Source of the DNA: Dehalococcoidia bacterium
GTDB taxonomy: Bacteria; Chloroflexota; Dehalococcoidia; SHYB01
Direction: 5' to 3'
NCBI GenBank assembly: GCA_964291475.2
Contig: OZ220075.1
Coordinates: forward strand, 118,312-182,311
DNA length: 64,000 nucleotides
Part shown: piece after piece, positions 8,806 to 17,777 of the stretch
Numbering within the stretch: position 1 is the first letter of the stretch
Layout of the letters: each line of letters starts with the position of its first letter
Translations under genes and position numbers: made by a program
The notes under the pieces: generated by a model
Databases searched by the model: none
Seen by the model: the letters and a program-made list of their open reading frames with translations, nothing else
Told to the model about the DNA's origin: nothing

Positions 8806-9726
8806 TCAGACCTCCCGCCTCCCCCGTCCCAGGCGCGGGTCCCAGATGTCGCGCAGCGCATCGCCGAACAGGTTGAATCCGATCACCAACCAGGAGATGC
8901 CCAGGCCCGGGAAGATTACCATCCACGGCGCGGTCACGGCGAAGTCGCTGGCGGAGCCGGAGAGCATGCGTCCCCAAGAGGAATGGGGCGGCGGCACGCC
9001 GAGGCCCAGGAAACTCAGAGTCGCCTCGATCAACACCGCGGCGCCGAGGAAGCTGCTGGCGAGCACGAGATAGGTCGCGGTCACATTCGGCAGGATGTGG
9101 CGGAACATGATGCGCAACTGGGAAGCTCCCAGCGCTCGCGCCGCCTCCACGTACATATTCTCCTTGGCCGAGAGGACGGTGCCCCGAACCACGCGCACGG
9201 TGCTGGGAATGAAGATGATGGCTAGGGCGAGGACGACTTTGTCGGGGCCGCTTCCCAACGTCGCCACCAGCACCAGGGCCATGAGCAAATCGGGCAGAGA
9301 GAGCATGATCTCGACAATCCGCTGGCTCACGGTGTCGAGCCGGCCGCCCAGATACCCCGCGGAAACCCCCAACGCGAGCCCGATGAGCGATCCGAAACCC
9401 ACCGACGCAAAGCCCACGAAGACCGATATCCGCGCCCCGTGCACCATCCTGGACCACTGGTCTCTGCCCAGATCGTCGGTGCCGAACCAATGGTCTAGAC
9501 CAGGGCCTTGGAGCCGCACCCGGAAGTTCCCCTCATTGGGGTCGGCGAAACTGAACACGTCGGCGCCGATGGCCAGGACCACAATGACCGAAACCATAAA
9601 GAGGCCGATGAAGCCTATGGGGTGGAGACGCATCAGCCGCCAGGTCCGGGCAACGCGGTCGAGCGCCCACGAGGCCACGGCCGCCACGGGTCCGCTGGTC
9701 GAACGCTCTCTTGAGATTCGCATCAT
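8806..9726 (-). CDS. ABC transporter permease, DppC/OppC-type
   Basis: 306-aa ORF with FGTDDLGRDQWSR, multiple TM spans and C-terminal GDALRDIWDPR. Confidence 0.85.
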   Translation of the reverse strand: MMRISRERSTSGPVAAVASWALDRVARTWRLMRLHPIGFIGLFMVSVIVVLAIGADVFSFADPNEGNFRVRLQGPGLDHWFGTDDLGRDQWSRMVHGARISVFVGFASVGFGSLIGLALGVSAGYLGGRLDTVSQRIVEIMLSLPDLLMALVLVATLGSGPDKVVLALAIIFIPSTVRVVRGTVLSAKENMYVEAARALGASQLRIMFRHILPNVTATYLVLASSFLGAAVLIEATLSFLGLGVPPPHSSWGRMLSGSASDFAVTAPWMVIFPGLGISWLVIGFNLFGDALRDIWDPRLGRGRREV

Positions 9727-9739
9727 TACGGACCAATCA

Positions 9740-10723
9740 CTAGGACTGGACGCTCACCCTTGGATCAAGCCAGCCGTACAACAAGTCCACCACCAGGTTG
9801 ATCAAGATGAACGCGCCGGCCAGACAGAAGACGATTCCCTGCACAACGGGATAGTTCCGCACTTCGATGGAATCGAGCAGCAGCTTGCCAAGTCCGGGCA
9901 CGGCGAAGATGTTCTCCATCACGACGGTGCCGCCGAGGAGGTTGCCGAAGCTAACGCTCATGACCGTCACTACTGGTATCAGGGCGTTCCTCAGCCCGTG
10001 GCGAACGACGACCGTTGGGTTCGAAAGTCCCTTTGCCCTCGCGGTCCGGATGTAGTCTTCGCCGAGGACTTCGAGTAGCGACGACCGCGAGATTCGCGCC
10101 ACGATCGCCATGAGCGCGGTGCCGATGATGAGGGCGGGGAAGACCAGTTGGGAGAGGTTGTCCGATGGGTTGTCCCACAGAAGGTTCCGCCCGAATGGAG
10201 GCGACCAGTCGAAAAACCGCTGCGCTATGAGCAAGACCAGAAGCCCCAGCCAGAAGTTCGGCACGGCAAGGAAGGTGATGCTCCAGAGGCGCGATATCAG
10301 GTCGATGATGCTGTTCGGTCTGAGGGCCGAGGCGATGCCCAATGGGATGCCCATGAGGAGGCCGAAGGCTACCGACATGATGGCCAGCTGAACAGAGAGC
10401 AGCATTCCCTTGCCGATTTCACTGGCCACGGGTCTCCCCGTCGCAATGGACTCTCCGAAGCTGGCCCTCCCGACATCACCCAGCCAGTCGAGATACTGCA
10501 CGATGATGTGGCGGTTGAGCCCGAGCTGCTCCCGGAGCCTTTCTAGATCTTCGGGATCAACCCGCACGTTGGAGACATCGGCTCCGGGGCCGAGCAGGAT
10601 CAGGTACGCGACGTCCCCCGGCACGACACGCATGAGCAAGAAGACGAGGAACGTCGCCCCCAGGAGCGTGGGGACCACCAGCAGGAGTCTGCGTAAGAAG
10701 AATGCAGTCCGTGGGTTGCTCAT
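9740..10723 (-). CDS. ABC transporter permease, DppB/OppB-type
   Basis: 327-aa ORF with N-terminal FFLRRLLLVVPTLLG, then YIRTARAKGL...RHGLRNALIPV and C-terminal LDPRV. Confidence 0.85.
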   Translation of the reverse strand: MSNPRTAFFLRRLLLVVPTLLGATFLVFLLMRVVPGDVAYLILLGPGADVSNVRVDPEDLERLREQLGLNRHIIVQYLDWLGDVGRASFGESIATGRPVASEIGKGMLLSVQLAIMSVAFGLLMGIPLGIASALRPNSIIDLISRLWSITFLAVPNFWLGLLVLLIAQRFFDWSPPFGRNLLWDNPSDNLSQLVFPALIIGTALMAIVARISRSSLLEVLGEDYIRTARAKGLSNPTVVVRHGLRNALIPVVTVMSVSFGNLLGGTVVMENIFAVPGLGKLLLDSIEVRNYPVVQGIVFCLAGAFILINLVVDLLYGWLDPRVSVQS

Positions 10724-10742
10724 CGCGGGCCGAGGTTAAGCA

Positions 10743-10769
10743 AATGGCCCCCCTTTTCGGGGGGCCATT
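10743..10769 (-). promoter_or_regulatory. intercistronic stem-loop between SBP gene and first permease gene
   Basis: Perfect 11-bp inverted repeat aatggcccccc / ggggggccatt around a 5-nt loop. It is not followed by a U-run on the coding (-) strand, so it is not a canonical terminator. Confidence 0.6.
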
Positions 10770-10811
10770 CTAAGGGGTCGTCCTGCTAAAACGCCTGTCT
10801 GCGGGCGGGTG

Positions 10812-12665
10812 CTACTGCACCCTCCCATCGTAGAGCCACTCCGCCCGGTCGTGGTAGAACTCTCCATTGGCGTTGTCATAGCCCATGAAGTGGTTCCACA
10901 TGATGAAGTTCGAGAAGCTATCCGAGCCTGGGGCGATGGGCATCTGCTCCAGGATCCTGTCCTCGATCTGGTTTACCAGCTCGATCCTCTTCTGCGGATC
11001 GAGCGTCGCGCTCTGCTCGAGGAACAACTCGTCGACGACCGGATCGCTGAAGCCGGTGACGTTAGAACTCCCATTCGTTCTGAAGAACTGGCCGATCCAC
11101 ACATCCGGCTCGGGGAATCCCGTCACCCACGCCCAGTACACAAGCTCGAAGCCGAAGTTGTTGAGCTGCTCGAAGAAGCCTGCCCGGTCGGGGTAGGTGT
11201 CCGCGGTGACTCTGATTCCGACCCTAGGCAACTGAGTGGAGACCCACTCGACCCATCGCGTGATCGAGCGTGAGTAGTCGCTGTGCAGGATCTTGACATC
11301 GATGCCGTCGGGATAGCCCGCTTCGGCGACAAGTTGCCTCGCCTGCTCCAGCTCCGCCTCCTTCGCATCTCCGGTCGCCCATCCCGGAATCTTGTTCCAT
11401 ATCTCGTCGGGCTTCCGGGCCCCGGGCCACAGGCCGGGCTGGTAGAGGCCTACGGACGCTTGCCCATTGCGCACGATTGCGTCGTGGCTTTCGCGGTCGA
11501 GCGCGAGGTTCACCGCCTGTCTCAGTTTGACGTTGTCGAACGGGGGGCTCGTCGTGTTCATGGCGACGCCCCAGATGCAGTTGCATGGCTCGAGCTGCCA
11601 CTCCCCTTTACCATCGGCGACGAACCTCTCGTACTCAGCGCGTTGGTCCGCCGCACTGCTCACCCGTGCTCGGTCGAGCCGCCCGGTGAGCACCGCCGCC
11701 GTCGCGGCGAGCGTGTCGGAGATGATTGGAATGACGAAGGCGTCCAGGTAGGGGAAGCCTTCCTTCCAGAAATCGGCGCGGGCCTCCATCTCGACGACGG
11801 AGCCGGTGTCCCACCGCCCGATCACGAAGGCGCCGCTCCCCATCGCGTCCGTCTGGAGAGCGTCCCTGGGGGTGCCGTCCTGCACGACGGCGCAGTAGTT
11901 CATCCCGATGAACTTCGGGAAGGCGGCGGCCGAGTAGGCCAGGTTAATCACCACCGTCCGGCTGTCCGGGGCCTCAAAGGGATTGTCATCCGCGAGGTAG
12001 ACGCTCATCGCCCCGCACTTGGTGGACTTTGCCTCGTCGGGCACGAGGCCGACCATCTTCCTGAGGCTATAGACGACGTCCTGCGCTTCTACGGGCGAAC
12101 CGTCGGCAAAGGTGGGGTCGTCCCTGAGATTGAAGACGGCAGTGGTCCCGTCGCCTGTGTACTCCCAAGACTCACAGAGGTCGCACACGAATTCCGTCCC
12201 CACGGGGTTCATGAGCAGGGTGCTGTAGAGCTGCGAGATGAAGAAGAGGTCGATGGCGGCGACCGCGGCGTGCGGGTCGAGGTGCGGCGGGTCCCTCCGC
12301 TCGTTGCGGATCAGTGTCCCGCCGCGCTTGATGCTGGGGCCCTCCGTCGGCGTGGGTGGAGGCGGGGTAGCCGTCGGCTGCGGCGTCGCCGTTGGCGCCG
12401 GCATGGCCGTGGCCGTCGGCTCCGGCATGGCCGTGGGAGCCGGAGCCTCACCCGCCGCCGGTGCTTTAGCGCCTTCCGGCCCTTCGGGGCCCGCCGGCCC
12501 TGCTGGACCCGCCGGCCCTGCCGGTCCCGCCGGCCCTTGCGGACCCGCCGGCCCTGCCGGCCCTGCCGGCCCTTGCGCCCCGCCGCATGCCGACGCAACG
12601 AGCGCGATGACGATGCCTAAGGCAAGAATCACCATCAGTTTTCGGGAAAAAGCGGGAGCGATCAT
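10812..12665 (-). CDS. ABC transporter substrate-binding lipoprotein, family 5 (peptide/nickel/opine type) with collagen-like and Pro/Thr-rich stalk
   Basis: Start set at ATG 12665 ([29 protein letters not shown], signal peptide plus Cys). The globular part (RGGTLIR..., [15 protein letters not shown]) is typical of SBP family 5. The track ORF start at 12785 adds an implausible leader. Confidence 0.85.
   Translation of the reverse strand: MIAPAFSRKLMVILALGIVIALVASACGGAQGPAGPAGPAGPQGPAGPAGPAGPAGPAGPEGPEGAKAPAAGEAPAPTAMPEPTATAMPAPTATPQPTATPPPPTPTEGPSIKRGGTLIRNERRDPPHLDPHAAVAAIDLFFISQLYSTLLMNPVGTEFVCDLCESWEYTGDGTTAVFNLRDDPTFADGSPVEAQDVVYSLRKMVGLVPDEAKSTKCGAMSVYLADDNPFEAPDSRTVVINLAYSAAAFPKFIGMNYCAVVQDGTPRDALQTDAMGSGAFVIGRWDTGSVVEMEARADFWKEGFPYLDAFVIPIISDTLAATAAVLTGRLDRARVSSAADQRAEYERFVADGKGEWQLEPCNCIWGVAMNTTSPPFDNVKLRQAVNLALDRESHDAIVRNGQASVGLYQPGLWPGARKPDEIWNKIPGWATGDAKEAELEQARQLVAEAGYPDGIDVKILHSDYSRSITRWVEWVSTQLPRVGIRVTADTYPDRAGFFEQLNNFGFELVYWAWVTGFPEPDVWIGQFFRTNGSSNVTGFSDPVVDELFLEQSATLDPQKRIELVNQIEDRILEQMPIAPGSDSFSNFIMWNHFMGYDNANGEFYHDRAEWLYDGRVQ
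12465..12572 (-). repeat. in-frame Gly-X-Y (collagen-like) triplet repeat, 12 triplets
   Basis: It translates to [36 protein letters not shown] immediately after the lipobox Cys. The 9-nt unit ggcccgccg/ggccctgcc is visibly reiterated. Confidence 0.9.
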
Positions 12666-12926
12666 GCGGCCTCCTGAGTGCGGGCGCTGCGCGGGCGTGC
12701 GCGTCGTCTCCGGGGTTAAGCCCCTCGCAACAGATCCATTCGAGGGCGGGGCGCTATTGCTCGTATCTAGTAACATGGCCCCCAACCGTTGTCAAGCAAA
12801 ATTGACGCAACTTGACCATAGACTGCCCCACGATGACCGTTTTCGCAGCTTGGGAAGGAATTCACAAACAGTCTTCGTCGTTTCGCTGCCGGCCGGCCCG
12901 CCGCCGGCATAAAGGAAGAGTGAACC

Positions 12927-14342
12927 ATGGCCCCGGAATTCGCATTCGTGTCCGCGGTGCGGTTGGCGAGGATGATCGCCGACCGGGATGTGTCGCCCGT
13001 CGAGGTGGTGCGGGCTCTCCTCGACCGCATCGACCGGCTGAACCCCAAGCTGAACGCCTACCTCACCGTCTGCGGCGACGAGGCCTTGGCCGCGGCGCAG
13101 GCCGCCGAAGACGCCCTCATGCGGGAGGTGCCGACCGGCCTCCTGCACGGCGTCCCCCTCTCGTTCAAAGACCTGACGGCCACCAAGGGGATCCGCACGA
13201 CGATGGGTTCCCTCCTGTTCAAAGAAAACGTCCCGCAGCAGGACGCCATCGTCGTGGAGCGCGTGAAGCAGGCCGGTGCAATCATCCTAGGGAAGACCAA
13301 CACCCCCGAGTTCGCGGCGTGGAGCACGACGGAGAACCGCCTAGGCGACCCTTGCAACAACCCGTGGGGCCTAGGCCGGACCGTAGGGGGCTCCAGCGGT
13401 GGCGCCGCCGCGGCGGTGGCCGCCGGGCTCGGCCCCGTAGCGCTTGGCGGTGACATGGCCGGTTCCATCCGCAACCCCGCCGCCTTCTGCGGCGTTGTCG
13501 GCTACAAGCCGTCCCGCGGGCTTGTGCCCATGGCGTCGGGCCCCCGTCCCGTATTCAGCGCCTTCGGCCAGCAGGGGCCGCTCTCCCGCACCGTCGAGGA
13601 CTCGGCGCTCCTGTTGCGGGTCATCGCCGGGTACGACCGCCGTTACCCCATCGCGCGGCGCGAGCGCCCACCCAACTTCCAGGCAGGCCTGCACGACCGC
13701 ATTGACGGGCTTTTTGTGGCTTGGTCACCCGACTTCGGATATGCCGCCGTGGACCCGGAGGTCGCGCGCATTGCCGAGGACGCCGCGCGTGCGTTCGAGG
13801 GCTTGGGAGCCGTGATCGAGGCGCCGACGATCGCCTTCGACGACCCCTGGGACATCTACGAGCCCATCGGCATATCGGCCCTCTTCTCCATGTACGAGAC
13901 AGTCCTGGAGACCAAGGGAGACCTGCTGACGGATTACGTCAAGGACCGCGTCAGCGCCGGCAAGACCATCACCGGCGCGGACTATGCGCTGGCCATGGGC
14001 CGGCTTGAAGTCTTCACCGCCCGGATAGACGACTGGTTCGAGCGCTACGACATTCTTCTGACTCCGACCCTCGCCGCCGCCGCCTTCCCGCACGGCCAAT
14101 TCCCAGAAGAGCTCGGCGGCACGACCGTGGAGCACCCTTGGCGCGGCTTCACGCCGTTCACCTATCCCTTCAACCTCGCCGGCAACCCGGCTGCCACCGT
14201 GCCCTGCGGATTCACGTCGGAAGGGCTGCCCGTTGGGCTGCAGATCGTGGGAGCAAGAGGCGCCGACGCTCTCGTGCTACAGGTTTCCGCCGCGTTCGAA
14301 CGGGCCAAGCCTTGGGCGGCCGCGCGTCCCAATCTCGACTAG
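12927..14342 (+). CDS. amidase (amidase-signature family, GatA-like)
   Basis: 471-aa ORF with GVPLSFKDL, GGSSGGAAAAVAAG and the Ser-cisSer-Lys signature context. Confidence 0.9.
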   Translation: MAPEFAFVSAVRLARMIADRDVSPVEVVRALLDRIDRLNPKLNAYLTVCGDEALAAAQAAEDALMREVPTGLLHGVPLSFKDLTATKGIRTTMGSLLFKENVPQQDAIVVERVKQAGAIILGKTNTPEFAAWSTTENRLGDPCNNPWGLGRTVGGSSGGAAAAVAAGLGPVALGGDMAGSIRNPAAFCGVVGYKPSRGLVPMASGPRPVFSAFGQQGPLSRTVEDSALLLRVIAGYDRRYPIARRERPPNFQAGLHDRIDGLFVAWSPDFGYAAVDPEVARIAEDAARAFEGLGAVIEAPTIAFDDPWDIYEPIGISALFSMYETVLETKGDLLTDYVKDRVSAGKTITGADYALAMGRLEVFTARIDDWFERYDILLTPTLAAAAFPHGQFPEELGGTTVEHPWRGFTPFTYPFNLAGNPAATVPCGFTSEGLPVGLQIVGARGADALVLQVSAAFERAKPWAAARPNLD

Positions 14343-14344
14343 AC

Positions 14345-16066
14345 ATGGGCGACGCGTACATCGTCCAGGCGATCACCCTCTGGAACAGCCGGGAGGCCGT
14401 TCCCACGGCGCGCCTGTTCCCGATCGCCAACGCCCTGCTCTACCTGCCGCGCGGGCAGAGCCGCGGACACGGCGGCCCGGCGTTCCTTTTCGCCCATCGA
14501 TGGGCAGGCTACCACTCCGACCCGTTGCCCCGGGAGCTGGGTCCGGCCCTCGCCGCGGAAGGGTACGGCTTTCTCAGCTTCGCGCTGCGGCGTCGCGGCA
14601 TCGAGGGACAAGCGGTGGCGACTCCGGAAGACGACAGCGCCGATCTCGCCCTCGCCCTGGACCACATGGTGGCGCTGGGCTTCACCGACGTCTTTCTCGT
14701 GGGGGAAGAGGTTGGCGCGCTTAGCGTGGCGCGGTTCGCCGCCAGGCGCCCCGATCTCCGCGTCAAGGGAGTCGCGCTAGTGCGGCCGGCCCGCGACCTC
14801 AGCGACTGGCTTTCCGACGCCATCGGCGCGGCAGGCTACGGGGAACGCATCGAGGCGGCGACGCGGGCGCTTCGCTATGGCGCTGGTCTCCACGAGTACG
14901 TCGACCTCGAACCTACTGGACCCGACGGCGTCACGATGAAGATCTTCCAGCCTTCAAGCCTCTTCCTTGCTTGGTGGGGAAGGGCCGCGGATACCAGACT
15001 CACCCGCGCCGTCGAGACCACCATGGCCCCGCTTCTGTTGATCGGGGACGACGCGTCGTGGGCCGAGACGCTCGCTCGGAAGGCGGTGGTTTCTCGTACC
15101 GTCCATTCAGTCCAAGCGGAGACGGCGGAGGATACCGCCGGGGCACTCGCGGCGTGGGCACGCGGGCTTGTGCCGCCGCCCGCGGGACCGCCCCCGGAAA
15201 CCGATCTCGTCACCGTCACGGCCAGGGACGGACGGGACCTCGTGGGCCTTCTCTGGACGCCGGAGGCGTCCCGCGCCACGGACAGCGCCGTGATCTACGT
15301 GCACGGTATCGGGTCGGTGCCCTTCCGCAACGTCGCGGGCATGCTGGCGCCGGTGTACGCGGAGCACGGCCTGGCGACGCTTAGCGTGGGGCTGCGGCGG
15401 AGCGGCGCCGAAGGCCGCATGACCGCCCCGCCGCGAATGGATGCCGAGGATATCGACACGTGGGTGGGCTTCCTCGCCGAGCGAGGCTACCGGCGTATCG
15501 TCACCACTGGGCACAGTAACGGGAGCATCTCCGTCACGCTGCACCAAGCCCTCTTCCACAACCCGCTCGTGGTCGCCAACGTCCACATGGCGCCCACCGC
15601 CGAACACGCCGACTGGATGCGCCGCGGCCTCGGCGACGAGAAATACGCGGCGACGGTGAAGCGGGCGCGGGAATTGGTCGCGGCGGGCAAAGGCGATCAG
15701 GTCATCGCCGAGTGGTCGGAGCGGCCCCACCCCGATCCCTACAACGCGCTGATGCAGATCGTGATGCGGGCCGACTGTTGGCTGGAAATGTGGGCGCCCG
15801 AGACCATCGCCGCACACTCCAAACGGATCGCAGAGGTTGACGTGCCGATCATGATGCTGTCCGGCTCCGAGGACAACTTCAACGACCGCGCCCGCATGCA
15901 CGAGCTGGAGGCCGCGGCCGTTCGCTCGCCTGCCGTCGCCCAACGCTGGTACGAGCATTGCAATCACGCCTTCGACGGCTTCGAGCGCAGGGTCGCCGCC
16001 GATGTCGTGGAATGGCTAGCCGCCCAGGGCGCGATCGCAACAACACCGCCCGCCGAAAGGGGCTGA
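14345..16066 (+). CDS. tandem alpha/beta-hydrolase-fold protein (degenerate N-half, Ser-nucleophile C-half)
   Basis: ATG 14345 lies 3 nt after the amidase stop; the track ORF from 14138 overlaps the amidase. The N-half has GEEVG where the G-x-S-x-G elbow is expected. The C-half has VTTGHSNGS, a later SGSEDNF and CNHAF. Confidence 0.6.
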   Translation: MGDAYIVQAITLWNSREAVPTARLFPIANALLYLPRGQSRGHGGPAFLFAHRWAGYHSDPLPRELGPALAAEGYGFLSFALRRRGIEGQAVATPEDDSADLALALDHMVALGFTDVFLVGEEVGALSVARFAARRPDLRVKGVALVRPARDLSDWLSDAIGAAGYGERIEAATRALRYGAGLHEYVDLEPTGPDGVTMKIFQPSSLFLAWWGRAADTRLTRAVETTMAPLLLIGDDASWAETLARKAVVSRTVHSVQAETAEDTAGALAAWARGLVPPPAGPPPETDLVTVTARDGRDLVGLLWTPEASRATDSAVIYVHGIGSVPFRNVAGMLAPVYAEHGLATLSVGLRRSGAEGRMTAPPRMDAEDIDTWVGFLAERGYRRIVTTGHSNGSISVTLHQALFHNPLVVANVHMAPTAEHADWMRRGLGDEKYAATVKRARELVAAGKGDQVIAEWSERPHPDPYNALMQIVMRADCWLEMWAPETIAAHSKRIAEVDVPIMMLSGSEDNFNDRARMHELEAAAVRSPAVAQRWYEHCNHAFDGFERRVAADVVEWLAAQGAIATTPPAERG

Positions 16067-16071
16067 CGCGC

Positions 16072-16491
16072 TCAGGCGGGGGCGAACTTGACCAGCGTCC
16101 ACTCGGGCGTGACGTCGTCGAACCTCACCTGCACCGGCATGTCGATCTCAATGGCCTCCAAGGGACACTCGACGATGCCGGTCACCATTCGGGGCCCCTC
16201 GTCAAGCTCGACGACGGCATAGGCATAGGGAACGTCATCCATAAAGGACGGATTGGCGGGCCGCCTGACGAGGGTGAAGCTATAGACGCGGCCCCTACCG
16301 CTCACTGGCCTCCACGCCCAGTCCGACGACAGGCAGTGCGGGCAGGTGTGCCGGGGGTAGAAGAAGAAGCGGTCGCAGGCGCCGCAGCGCGGGATGACCA
16401 GCTCGTGACGCTTGGCCGCCTCCCAGAAAGGCTTGGTCAGTTCGGGGTCCGCGGGTATCGGGACGGGCTTGGAATAGCCGTCGTCGCTCAT
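16072..16491 (-). CDS. Zn-ribbon/OB-fold protein (DUF35 family, thiolase-partner type)
   Basis: 139-aa ORF. CGACDRFFFYPRHTCPHC zinc ribbon followed by GRVYSFTLV...YAVVELDEGPRM OB-fold signature. Confidence 0.85.
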   Translation of the reverse strand: MSDDGYSKPVPIPADPELTKPFWEAAKRHELVIPRCGACDRFFFYPRHTCPHCLSSDWAWRPVSGRGRVYSFTLVRRPANPSFMDDVPYAYAVVELDEGPRMVTGIVECPLEAIEIDMPVQVRFDDVTPEWTLVKFAPA

Positions 16492-16555
16492 GGGCGCCTT
16501 ATTCCGCTGCTTCCGATCCGAGCAGGAGCGTGAACATCACGCTCGCGTCGCCCCC

Positions 16556-17661
16556 TCAGCCGTTTATCGTGCAGAGGTCGGCTTTCGGTACCTGACGCTC
16601 CCCGCCCCGGCGCATGATCTGGCGTGCCCCTTCGACCACCTGCCGGAAGCCCCCACCCATGCCGGTGATTTGGCCACCGGATAGCTGGCCGCCGTCCGTA
16701 TTGACGGGGAACTTCCCCTTGTACGTCGTGTCGGTCGATTCGTAGAAGGCCCCGCCCTCACCCTTCTCGCAGAACCCGGCATCTTCGAGGCTCACGGCCG
16801 CGAGGACCGTGTATCAGTCATAGAGTTCAGCGAACTGGACGTCCCCCGGACCGTAGCCGGCCATCTCGAACGCCTTCCGCGCCGACACCTCGACGGGCGT
16901 CGTAGTGATGTCGGGACTCTGCCAGATGAGGTCGTGCGTCGAGTGCGACCCCACCCCAAGGACGAAGGCCGGAGGATGAGGCAGGTCCTTGGCCCGTTCC
17001 GCCGACGTCACCACACAGGCGAAGCCCCCCGCGCAGGGCATGACGCATTCCAGGAGATGCAAGGGGTCGCAGACCATTGGAGAGTTCAACACCTCAGCGG
17101 TGGTAATGGGCTTGCCGTGGAAGACCGCATTCTCGTTCGTGAGCGCGTTGAACCGCTGGTCCGCGGCGACCTTGGCGAACTGCTCGTCCGTCGAGCCGAA
17201 CTTGTTCATGTGCCGCTGCTTGATCAGCGCGTAGATGCCGTTGGCCGCGACCACCGGCCCGTAGGGACTCTCGAACTCCGTCTTGATGCTCGCGCCCGAT
17301 CCATGTCCGCCCTGTCCAAAGGCGGGGTCCCTGCTCCCCCGAAGGCGCAAAGCACGTAGTTGGCGAGGCCCGCGTTGACGGCCATGGCCGCCAGCCCGAT
17401 CGACTGCGCCCCGCTGGCCCCCATGAGGTGACTGCCTTCCAGGAAGGTAGGCCGGAGCCCCAATCGCTCCGCAAGCGTAATCGGGCTGAAGTCCTCGGCG
17501 GCGGTAATGAGGCCGTCGATGTCGTCGCTGCGCAGGCCGGCGTCGTCGATGGCCAGCGTCGCGGCCTCGATGCAAAGAGAATAAGCCGACCGCCCGGGAT
17601 AGTTCCGCTTGGTTGGAAGCTCGCCGATACCGACGATTGCGGCCGCGCCCCGTAGGCTCAT
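16556..17661 (-). pseudogene. thiolase-like (SCP2/Ltp2-type) protein, disrupted by one 1-nt frameshift and one in-frame TGA
   Basis: Three track ORFs (17224..17811, 16814..17728, 16556..16795) together spell one thiolase-like protein from ATG 17661 (MSLRGAAAIVGIGELP...). The frame changes at C-run 17336-17340. TGA at 16814-16816 lies in frame between ...FAELYD and YTVLAAVSLEDAGFCEKGEGG. Confidence 0.8.
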
Positions 17662-17777
17662 CTTGCCTCGCTCCCCTGCCGTTACGCTGGGTCGAGTATA
17701 GCCCGCGTCCTGGGGCGGCACAACGCAAAGTCCATGCCGGGGTGTAGAATCACCACGACCCCTTCGCCGAAACGACC

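Noticed and set aside
8279-9490. N-terminal 400 codons of track ORF 7733..9490 (585 aa).
   Set aside because: This part is Arg/Gly-rich nonsense overlapping the RidA and permease genes on the same strand in other frames. Only the last 181 codons, from ATG 8278, form a PPOX-like protein.
12788-12820. Operator-like arrangement gTTGTCAagcaaaaTTGACGcaacTTGACCata in the SBP-amidase divergent region.
   Set aside because: The inverted repeat is imperfect (4+4 bp with a bulge). No regulator gene is in the window to link it to. It may simply be overlapping -35-like hexamers.
16760-16813. Canonical bacterial SECIS element downstream of the in-frame TGA in the thiolase-like gene.
   Set aside because: The only nearby hairpin starts 2 nt after the UGA with its loop about 9-13 nt downstream, closer than in known bacterial SECIS. 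A second stem further down has a 12-nt G-rich loop. Neither is convincing without a model scan.
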